Below are positions 1-9,360 of a DNA stretch of 64,000 nucleotides, in pieces. The position numbers were made by a program, and so were the translations under genes. The notes under the pieces were generated by a model. It did not search any database. It worked only from the letters and a program-made list of their open reading frames with translations, and was not told the origin of the DNA. The stretch is from Balanoglossus misakiensis (lineage: Eukaryota; Animalia; Hemichordata). Each line of letters opens with the position of its first letter. Position 1 is the stretch's first letter. The stretch covers positions 824,247 through 888,246 of the forward strand of contig CM082594.2 in NCBI GenBank assembly GCA_040954595.2, written 5' to 3'.

Positions 1-330
1 CTGGAGTGCCGGGGCTTTATCCAAGCCATGCCGTAGAAAATCTGACTTGATCACCGTTGCTAACCTACGCTAGTGTCTGTCATATTGTGACGGAGATTTA
101 GCCGAGCCAGGCCGTAGAAAAATCGACTTGTTCAACGTTACCAGTGTGCAACTGTTTCTGTTCTAGAGAGTCAGGGTTTTAGCCGACTTGTAGGAAATCT
201 GAGTTGATGAACTGGAATTCAATGTTAGAAATCCGTGTGGAAAGTATCTCTACCCGTTTGGAACTAAGAAAAGAATTTATTCTTATTTATTTTGTAAAAA
301 AACAACATTTCGAAAAAAAGTCGAAAATGG

Positions 331-792
331 TAATTTTGTCTTGGGTGATTCAAATTATACCGCCTTTTCTGGAATTTGCAGCACTTTTTACAAGAGAACG
401 ACACTTCATGCTCCATAATATTTCCGAAAATGAAGAAAAGAGTTATTTTTTATGATTTTTTTAAAAATTTACCATTTTTGTCATAATATGGCCAAAATGG
501 CTATTTTTTCTTGAATTCCGTCTATATCTCTGCATTTTTGGAGTGGTCGAAACTTTTAACATACAATCAACATGTCATATATAATCAGGGCACCGAATTC
601 GAAGAACAATTAAAGCTTGTTTTAATTGTTTTTCTAAAAATGACATTTTCAAGGAAAATTTGGTAAAACGCAATTTTGTCTGCAGTGAGCCAAATTAGAC
701 TGTCTTTTGTGCAATTTGTATCGATATATACATACGAAGAGCATTCTATACTCCATCAGATATCCGAAAATGTAGAAAACAGGTATTTTTTG
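331..792. repeat. ~340-bp diverged AT-rich subrepeat within the macro-unit (continues at 7141-7422 and 8138-8640)
   Basis: 'aattttgtct...ctcca...ccgaaaatg.agaaaa.agtta' recurs at ~331 and ~672, and 'aaaatttaccatttttg...aacatacaa...atcagg..accgaatt' recurs at ~7273 and ~8331. Confidence 0.7.
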
Positions 793-1781
793 TGTCACAA
801 AGTGTCTATAGGGTTGTGTGTTGTCTTGTGTGTCCAGTGTTGTTTTTGTGTGGTGGTTAAAGGTTAGTTAGGATTTGCTGCACGTCTACTTGTCTGAGGT
901 GGTTAGACAGTCAGTTACACATATTACCATCGGACGGCTTTGACAAAATGAACTCTGCTATGACACACCACCAGTGTGAATAACTGCGCATGGACAATTC
1001 ACCAGCCCTGGATTACATAATCTCTGCACTGATTTGGTTTGCATGAATAATTCGGAGGTGATAATTCGGGGAGAAACGAAAACAATAGACAGTGGAGAAC
1101 AGTGGACAATCATTCTGAATAAATTATTGTAGAAAATATGTACAGCAATGCACCTGGAAGGTGGTATAAAAGGCTGCGTGCCCATTCTTGAGGGGGAGAC
1201 TGACATGACAGCCAGCGGTAGCACTGAGGCACTGTGTGTGTAATCCTACCAGAATCTGACTGCCAGGCCTGTATGGCGAAACTACCACGGTGACGGAGTT
1301 TTCCACCAAGTGTGATACGAGACATCCTGTGCGGCCACGGATAAACCATCTTCTCGATGAAACTGGAACGACTGATATATTCTGCGACCCATTTCCCGGA
1401 ACATTGTCACTACTGAACTCACTGAACTCAACAATCTTTCTTAGCAAGGGTAGGACAACCGTTCGATAACCACCTGTTAATGTCTTTGTCATGTTTGTAC
1501 CGTTTCATGTCTTTGTGTTTGTGTTTTGTGTAATATTTCTTTACTGTGCATACAGTCCACTGGTATTTTGTCTATAGTGGCTGTCCCTGTACAATTTATT
1601 GGATCCATCGATACATTTCTGCAAGTTGAATAAATAGTCTATGCATAAATGTAATAACGTTTCTGAGTTTTACGATTCCCGTAGTAAGGGGTCCCCAGCA
1701 CACAAGAACCCAGTCACATGGTCTGAAGGAAAAGCTACCTGATACTGCTCAGTATCATCCCTTGTATCTTACCTTGTGACA
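793..1781 (+). repeat. 5' LTR of element 1 (989 bp)
   Basis: Inverted termini TGTCACAA/TTGTGACA; TATAAAA at 1165-1171; AATAAA at 1629-1634; direct repeat of 4242-4875. Confidence 0.95.
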
Positions 1782-1785
1782 TATT

Positions 1786-1803
1786 TGGTGGCAGCGGTGG
1801 GAT
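1786..1803 (+). promoter_or_regulatory. Primer-binding site, tRNA-Leu
   Basis: TGGTGGCAGCGGTGGGAT after a 4-nt spacer from the LTR end; complementary to the 3' end (...AUCCCACCGCUGCCACCA) of metazoan tRNA-Leu. Confidence 0.85.
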
Positions 1804-1972
1804 AGTTTTCATTGAAATTCATATCTTTCGGATTTTTTTGTTTATTCCCACCGTTTATTTCTTGGACACCCATCGTGGTTCCTGGTATATAACAAAAACT
1901 ACAAAAGGGGAACAAATTGGCCAATCTTGTTGGTGTTGGTGAATCGTAAACTCAGGGTATAATATTTGTAGG

Positions 1973-2305
1973 ATGGATCTGGCTGAAATTAAGAGAGTTG
2001 GTGAAGAGATAGGGTTAGAAGGAGGAGACTTTGCTGATTTCATAAAAGAACAACAAAACATAGCACGAGAACAACAAAACAGAGCACGTGAAGAGAGACA
2101 GGCAAAACGAGAAGCTGATAAATTGGAAACTGAAGTAACTTTGCGTACACTAGAGTTTGAACAGGAAAAGTTAATGTCAGCTGAAAGACAGAGAGAGAAA
2201 GACAGGCAATTCGAACAAGAAAAATTAACCAGTTACAGACAATTTGAACTTGAAAAATTGAAATGGTTAAAAAGCGAACCTGTAGAACAGAAGTTGAGTC
2301 TAAAA
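1973..2305 (+). pseudogene. gag: Gag N-terminal coiled-coil fragment (truncated by internal deletion)
   Basis: MDLAEIKRVGEEIGLEG...EQQNRAREERQAKRE...FELEKLK, first ORF after the PBS; capsid and CCHC parts are absent. End coordinate is approximate. Confidence 0.8.
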
Positions 2306-4111
2306 TCACCCTCTCGCAATCAAGGTACAAATTGCATTTTGACAAGAAAACCAGTGATAGGACTTTCAAGGTCGGGGATAAGGTCTTGCTTTTACTTCCT
2401 ACAGAGCTTGACAAATTAAAAATGCAATGGCAAGGCCCATACACTGTAAAAGAAAGGGTTGGTCTGATGGACTATCGACTGGAAGTTAAGACAAGGTTGA
2501 AATTATATCATGCTAATTTATTGAAGAAATATGAAGAACGTGGGGAGGACAAGGATGAGCATGAGCCAATTAGTGGCGGTGTGATGGAATGTGTATGTAT
2601 TGGGGTAATAGAAAGTAAAGAGGTGGATGAGGATGAATGTAATGAAAATAGTGATCAGGGACAGGGGAATGATTTGATAGAAACTACCTCATCGCTAGGG
2701 AAAGAAAGTATTGAGGATGTGCAAAATCTGAGTGCAGAACAAAACCAAGATGTGAGAAGAACTCTGAGACAATTTGCGCATATACTGACTGACATGCCTG
2801 GGAAATTAAAAGTAGGGGAACATGATATCAAGTTAATATCCAATGACCCTATTAGGTCTAAACCGTATCCACTGCCATTTGCATTACAAGACACTGTGTG
2901 TCAGGAAGTTGACAGTATGCTAAGAATGGGTGTGATTGAACCATCAGATTCTCCATATGCATCCCCCATTGTCTTAATTACAAAAAAAGATGGCACCGTT
3001 CGATTTTGTATCGACTTTAGAAAGTTGAACAAAGTCACCACCTTTGATGCAGAACCAATACCAAATTCTGATGAGTTATTTACTAGATTAACCGAGAGCA
3101 AATACTTTACTAAGTTAGATCTTACCAAAGGGTATTGGCAAATCCCAATGGCAGAGGGGGCAAAGGACAAAACCGCCTTTCTCACCCCTAAAGGATTGTT
3201 TCAGTTTCGGTTTATGCCATTTGGTCTTGTCAATGCTCCGGCGACCTTCAGTCGTATTATGAGAATAGTTCTCAGAGGATTGCAAGGAAGGGTTGAAAAT
3301 ATAATAGATGACATCTTAATACACAACCAGTCATGGGCAGATCATATTGATACCATAACGGAAGTACTCAGAAGACTAGATGAAACAGGTTTAACTGCAA
3401 AGCCCAGTAAATGTTACATAGGATATCAAAATTTGGAATTTGTGGGACATTTGGTTGGCCAGGGGTTATTGCAAATGCAGCCACAGAAATTGGAGGCACT
3501 TCTTCGTGCAGAAAAACCCCGTACATGCAGTAAAGCAAGTTCGTTCGTTTCTGGGAATGGCCAGCTACTATAGAAAATTCATACCAAACTTTGCATCTAT
3601 AGCAGCGCCACTCAGTGACCTCACTAGAAAGGGACAACCAAAGGTGGTTCACTGGGGTATGCCACAGGAGAAGGCCTTTACTGAATTGAAAAGGGCCCTG
3701 AGTAACTATCCGGTTCTAAGGCTGCCAGATTTTTCAAAGCCTTTCATTTTAAGGGCTGATGCATCAGATAATGGACTGGGGGCAGTCGTCTTGCAAGAAC
3801 ATGAGAGCAACAAATTCCCAATAATTTATGCAAGTAGAAAATTGCTTAAAAGGGAGACAGCATATTCAGTGATTGAAAAAGAATGTTTGGCAATTATCTG
3901 GGGTATTTGTAAATTCCAACAGTACCTTTATGGGAAAGAGTTTGTGATTGAGACTGACCACCAGCCACTTATCTACTTAAGCCGTGCCAAAGTATCAAAT
4001 AGTCGGTTGATGCGTTGGGCTCTGTAATTGCAGTCCTTTCGCTACAGGATCGTTGCTATCAAAGGTACAGACAATGTTGAAGCTGACTACTTGAGCCGAA
4101 GCACAGGGTAA
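2306..4111 (+). pseudogene. pol: pol remnant: integrase C-terminal GPY domain, reverse transcriptase, RNase H; frameshift ~3525 and premature TAA 4025-4027
   Basis: FKVGDKVLLLLP..WQGPY..YHANLLKKY; RT motifs RFCIDFRKLN, KLDLTKGYWQ, MPFGLVNAPATF, IIDD; RNase H ADAS, EKECLA, TDHQPL; the frame continues past the stop as LQSFRYRIVAIKGTDNVEADYLSR. Confidence 0.93.
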
Positions 4112-4228
4112 AGCCGTTATATTTCAATGAATACCTAAGGTGAGCAAAAGGAAATAGTATTTCAGCTTCCCCATATAGCTGTAACTATAGAAACTTTTCA
4201 GTTTTAAGACGAAACTAGTTCCGTCTTT

Positions 4229-4241
4229 GAAAGGGGAGTAG
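4229..4241 (+). promoter_or_regulatory. Polypurine tract of element 1
   Basis: GAAAGGGGAGTAG immediately before the 3' LTR. Confidence 0.85.
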
Positions 4242-4875
4242 TGTCACAAAGTGTCTATAGTGTTGTGTGTTGTCTTGTGTGTCCAGTGTTGTTTTTGTGT
4301 GGTGGTTAAAGGTTAGTTAGGATTTGCTGCACGTCTACTTGTCTGAGGTGGTTAGACTGTCAGTTACACATATTAGCATCGAACGGCTTTGACAAAATGA
4401 ACTCTGCTATGACACACCACCGGTGTGAATAACTGCGCATGGACAATTCACCAGCCGTGGATTACATAATCTCTGCACTGATTTGGTTTGCATGAATAAT
4501 TCGGAGGTGATAATTCGGGGAGAAACGAAAACAATAGACAGTGGAGAACAGTGGACAATCATTCTGAATAAATTATTGTAGAAAATATGTACAGCAATGC
4601 ACCTGGAAGGTGGTATAAAAGGCTGCGTGCCCATTCTTGAGGGGGAGACTGACATGACAGCCAGCGGTAGCACTGAGGCACTGTGTGTAATCCTACCAGA
4701 ATCTGACTGCCAGGCCTGTATGGCGAAACTACCACGGTGACGGAGTTTTCCACCAAGTGTGATACGAGACATCCTGTGCGGCCACGGATCAACCATCTTC
4801 TCAATGAAACTGGAACGACTGATATATTCTGCGACCCATTTCCCGGAACATTGTCACTACTGAACTCACTGAACT
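4242..4875 (+). repeat. 3' LTR of element 1, truncated (634 bp)
   Basis: Matches 793-~1427 with about 8 substitutions and 1 indel by eye; breaks off after actgaact. Confidence 0.93.
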
Positions 4876-5410
4876 AAAATTAAATTAAAAAAATAAAGAA
4901 TGTTTTGCCTAAAAATGACCTTTTTGGTGCAAAAACGAATAAAACGCAATTTTGTATTAAATCAGCTCATTCAGAGTGCATTTTTTATAATCAGCACCAT
5001 TTTTACATATAATGGAAATTTCTTACATCATCAGATATCCAAATATGAAAAAATGATTTAGATTTTAGATGATTGTCCAAAATTAGCTGATATCTAATAA
5101 ATGTAGTATTGAACCGTTCTGTTCCCCCCCCCCCCCTACATTATATGCGGTACGCCGATGTCAGCTTACCCGGCAGTACTGCAGGCCGTGCCCCCAACTA
5201 ACGTCGGTGTTTGAAACGCCCTGGTTAAATTCGGGCTTTCTCTATAAATTGACAGGCAATAATGCAGTCCTACCCGAACAAATGTCGAGTGTTGACCCGC
5301 TGTGACTTTCCCTCTTCGGTTTGCCCGACTTAGCCAACGTCTTTGTACTAGAGTGTCGGGTCTTTTGCAGAGCCAGGCCGAAGGAAATCCGACTTGATCA
5401 CCGTTGCTAA

Positions 5411-6371
5411 GTAAAGGATAATGTACGAGTGGAGTGCAATCGTTCAGATATTGAACGACACGAGGGCCGCAGGCCCGAGTGTCGTTCAATATCTGAACGA
5501 TTGCACGACACGAGTACATTATCCGGCTTACAATACGTCGCAACATCTGTGTTCTTGATATATGCTAAACAACTTCTCAACCACATCAACCAATCACAAG
5601 CGTCGCAAAATACACCTGGTGTATGATTTCGATTTCGATTGGATACTTGTCAACCAGGGCATTTGTCACGTGGTCATTGAGGTGCCACGTTTCCATCATC
5701 ATTCGGAACTCAACCTTCGACAGACAAACACCATGGCCGAAAGTAGCGACGAGCACGAGCTTTTCATTACCCATGGAGCACGTTCCGACACCCAAGCGAA
5801 AGCGAAGGGCGTAGCTTTTACGATATGGACTGGATTTTCCAAGATTTTGGTAGCTTCATTGAAGAGAATGTACATAAACCATCGGTCATGGAAAGTGTCC
5901 TGCAGAAAATCAAGGGTGCCTTTCTCCTGGCCTGCAGCCGCCATTGCGCACATCCTCAGTCTGTTAGTACCATTTTTTTGTCATTTTCCTCGGAACTTGT
6001 AAATTTGTAGTTTTATATTGATCAGGAATGTTCGATTGTACGTCAGCGTAGGCACTTCAGGGAAGTTTTGGTACGTCGAAAAAAATCAAGCTTTCAGGTG
6101 AATCCGTGTGTGAGGTAGAAACGAACCCCCAACCAAAGGTTGAGCCCTGCAGCGCAGAGATCACGACAAAGAAAGATGGACGAACCAAGTGTGTGCACCT
6201 GGAAGCAGTTCTTCCCGCCGGAGGCAGCACCTCCTGTCAAAGCTATCTTGTTTGTTGTAGTGAATCTTATTATGCCAGGTGCAGTGCAATATCCAGATAT
6301 TGCACTGGTACCAGTGCATTATCATAGATAATGTCCCAAGAGAACAAAGAGTCTGGTCACATGTAGTGTTG
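5411..6371 (+). mobile_element. Non-autonomous hairpin element without TIRs, Crypton-like (tyrosine-recombinase type, tentative)
   Basis: The empty site is seen at 8981-8996 (ccgttgctaa|cgaacg). TAA is present on both sides (5408-5410, 6372-6374), and a long palindrome lies at the 5' end. The insertion is certain; the family is inferred. Confidence 0.7.
5416..5524 (+). other. 109-bp hairpin with three tandem GA/GA mismatches and a GCA loop
   Basis: ggataatgtac-GA-gtg-GA-gtgcaatcgttcagatattgaacgacac-GA-gggcc-GCA-ggccc-GA-gtgtcgttcaatatctgaacgattgcac-GA-cac-GA-gtacattatcc. Confidence 0.97.
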
Positions 6372-6374
6372 TAA

Positions 6375-7015
6375 CGAACGCTAGTGTCTGTCATGGTGTG
6401 CCAGGGTTTTAGTCGAGCCAGGCCGTAGGAGATCTGACTTGATCAACGTGGTCAATGTACGCGTGTTTCCGCTCTAAAGTGCCGGGGCTTCAGCTAAACC
6501 AGGCCGTAGGAAACCCGACGTGATTACCGTTGTTAACTTACGCCAGTCTGTGTCCTATATATAGTGCCGGGGCATCAGCCGTGCCAGGCCGAAGGAAATG
6601 TGAGTGGATCAACGTGGTCTCTGTACGCATGTTTCTGCTCTAAGGTGCCAGGGCTTTAGCCAAGCCATGCCGTAGGAAATCTGACTTGATCAACGTTGCT
6701 ACCGAACGCTATTGTCTGTCATAGTGTGCCGGGGTTTTAGTCGAGCCAAGCCGTAGGAGATCAGACTTGATCAACGTGGTCTCCGTACGCGTGTTTCTGC
6801 TCTAGAGTGCCGGGGCTTTATCCAAGCCATGCCGTAGAAAATCTGACTTGATCACCGTTGCTAACGTACGCCAGTGTCTGTCATATTGTGACGGAGATTT
6901 AGCCGAGCCAGGCCGTAGAAAAATCGACTTGTTCAACGTTACCTGTGTGCAACTGTTTCTGCTCTAGAGTGTCAGGGTTTTCGCCGACTTATGCTGTAGG
7001 AAATCTGAGTTGATG
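6375..7015. repeat. 81-bp diverged subrepeat array (A/B alternation, ~162-bp dimer); also at 1-205, ~5280-5410 and ~8860-9318
   Basis: Motif gccg(t/a)ag(g/a)a..tctgacttgatca starts at 6422, 6503, 6588, 6669, 6750, 6831 and 6912 (spacing 81, once 85). Alternate units carry 'cgttgcta..c(g)aacgc.agtgtctgtcat' or 'cgtggtc..tgtacgcgtgtttctgctcta'. Confidence 0.85.
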
Positions 7016-7422
7016 AACCGGAATTCAATGTTAGAAAACCCGTGTGGAAAGTATCTCTACCCGTTTGAAACTAAGAAAAGAATTTATTCTTATTTATTTT
7101 GTAAAAAAGACAATTTTTCGAAAAAAAAGTCGAAAATGGTAATTTTGTCTTGGGTGATTCAAATTATACCGCCTTTTCTGGAATTTGCAGCACTTTTTAC
7201 AAGAGAACGACACTTCATGCTCCATTATATTTCCGAAAATGAAGAAAAGAGTTAATTTTTTATGATTTTTTAAAAATTTACCATTTTTGTCAAAATATGG
7301 CCAAAATGACTATTTTTTCTTGAATTCCGTCAATATCTCTGCATTTTTGGAGTGGTCGAAACTTTTAACATACAATCAACATGTCATATATAATCAGGAC
7401 ACCGAATTCGAAGAACAATTAA

Positions 7423-8137
7423 GGTGGCATTGCATGAAAACTTGTGATTTTTGCCAAATTTAATTTTTTTTACATAAATCGGTAGGCCTAATACTGACCC
7501 ACATTCTGACTAATACGTCTTGGCCTAAATGGTGCATAATCACCCCAAAATAGCACTTTTCTGAATGAGTTCACAGCTTAACAAATAGGTGTCAACAATG
7601 CAAATGGCCGTTTTTGTCAGTTTGCATTTTCGCTGCTCTTGACAACTTCAGACTAAAATAGCTTCGCTCTGCATTGGCCAAGTGTGCTCAAATTTCAACA
7701 GGGGATTGTGTATGACCCATCCAACAAAACGGTATTTTTGTTAGTCGATAAAGTGTCCCTGGCGGGAATAAACTCTGATTCAATACAACTCACCGTGAAT
7801 TTGATCAAATTTTACAAAAAATCTAACTTTCAAACGCTGTTACTCCTCAATGGAAGCAGATAACGCAAAACAAAATTACGTTTTTTTGCACGTGTACTCT
7901 AGTTTCGAATGACATATTTAGATGCATGATGCATGGTCAACTTTTTTGCCTAATTTAAATTTAATGATATAATATCAAAAAATGTTTTTTTTCACCCAAA
8001 ATCGATAATATTTGCAACTCAAACAAAAGTTCAAAAACTCAGCTTCCAGAATATATATGGTTTATGGGGGTTTTAACGTTGTCTTTGATGAGAAATAGGC
8101 CTCTGAAAAAGTCTCGACGGTTTCATGCAATGCCACC
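7423..8137. mobile_element. 715-bp MITE with TTAA TSD, Kolobok-like
   Basis: Perfect 17-bp TIR GGTGGCATTGCATGAAA/TTTCATGCAATGCCACC; TTAA at 7419-7422 and 8138-8141; empty site gaacaaTTAAagc at ~604-616. GG...CC termini fit Kolobok better than piggyBac (CCY). Confidence 0.85.
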
Positions 8138-9320
8138 TTAAAGCTTTTTTTAATTGTTTTTCTAAAAATGACATTTTCAAGCAAAATTTGATAACATGCA
8201 ATTTTGTCTGCAGTGAGCCAAATTAGACTGTCTTTTGTGGAAGTTGTATCGATATATACATACGAAGGGCATTCTATACTCCACCAGATTACCGAAAATG
8301 TAGAAAACAGTTATTTTTCGTAATTTTCAAAAATTTACCATTTTTGACAAAATGTGGCTAAAATGGTTATTTTCGTCTTGAATGCCGCCAGTGTCACTGC
8401 TTTTAAGAGTCATAAAAACTTTCAACATACAAGCAATTGTTTATATATGATCAGGTCACCGAATTAAAAAAAATAAAGAATGTTTTGCCTAAAAATTACC
8501 TTTTTGGTGCAAAAACGAATAAAACGCAATTTTGTATTAAATCAGCTCATTCAGAGTGCATTTTTTATAATAAGCACCATTTTTACATATAATGGAAATT
8601 TCATACATCATCAGATATCCAAATATGAAAAAATGATTTAGATTTTAGATGATTGTCCAAAATTAGCTGATATCTAATAAATGTAGTATTGAACCGTTCT
8701 GTTCCCCCCCCCCCCCTACATTATATGCGGTACGCCGATGTCAGTTTACCCGGCAGTACTGCAGGCCGTGCCCCCAACTTACGTCGGTGTTTGAAACGCC
8801 CAGGTTAAATTCGGGCTTTCTCTATAAATTGACAGGCAATAATGCAGTCCTACCCGAACAAATGTCGAGTGTTGACCCGCTGTGACTTTCCCTGTTCGGT
8901 TTGTCTGACTTAGCCAACGCCTTTGTACTAGAGTGTCGGGTCTTTTGCAGAGCCAGGCCGAAGGAAATCCGACTTGATCACCGTTGCTAACGAACGCCAT
9001 TGTCTGTCATGGTGTGCCGGGGTTTTAGACGAGCCAGGCCTTAGGAGATCTGACTTGATCAACGTGGTCAATGTACGCGTGTTTCCGCTCTAAAGTGCCG
9101 GGGCTTCAGCTAAACCAGGCCGTAGGAAATCCGACGTAATCACCGTTGATAACTTACGCCAGTCTGTGTCCTATATATATTGCCGGGGCATCAGCCGTGC
9201 CAGGCCGAAGGAGATGTGAGTAGATCAACGTGTACGCGTGTTTCTGCTCTAGAGTGCCAGGGCTTTAGCCAAGCCATGCCTGTGAAATCTGACTTGATCA
9301 ACGTTGGTAACGAACGTTAA

Positions 9321-9360
9321 GCCTGAAATGACATTTTCAAGCCTGAAATGACATTTTCAA
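9321..9360. repeat. 20-bp tandem duplication at the satellite boundary
   Basis: gcctgaaatgacattttcaa occurs twice. Confidence 0.95.

Larger units (their letters stand above)
793..4875 (+). mobile_element. Gmr1-like Ty3/Gypsy LTR retrotransposon 1, internally deleted, 3' LTR truncated
   Basis: 5' LTR TGTCACA...TGTGACA, tRNA-Leu PBS, gag N-terminus, integrase GPY tail followed by RT and RNase H, PPT, then a second LTR copy. Confidence 0.95.
1..9318. repeat. ~1.9-kb composite macro-tandem repeat, about 2.5 copies, each interrupted by different TE insertions
   Basis: 1-~610 matches 6802-~7420; 4883-5410 matches 8462-8990; 6375-~6700 matches 8991-9317. The 3580-bp offset (5101 vs 8681) minus the two insertions (964+719 bp) gives a unit of about 1.9 kb. 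Confidence 0.9.

Noticed and set aside
204-455. Duplicated small ORF (also 7010-7255) as a gene
   Set aside because: Lies in the macro-repeat, has a non-ATG start, and the two copies differ by frameshifts in the 5' half.
1786-1803. tRNA gene fragments (also 11938-11955)
   Set aside because: Only 18-nt complements of tRNA 3' ends including CCA, i.e. primer-binding sites.
5123-5137. Poly-C run (also ~8704-8716) as a regulatory G4 or telomeric signal
   Set aside because: A simple homopolymer within the repeat unit; no supporting context.
5407-5626. Two overlapping opposite-strand ORFs with near-identical peptide (CNRSDIERH..RP.CRSISERLH)
   Set aside because: An automatic consequence of the DNA palindrome, not evidence of coding.
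6375-7015. 81-bp repeats as a CRISPR-like repeat-spacer array
   Set aside because: The variable parts are homologous to each other in an A/B alternation and are not unique spacers.
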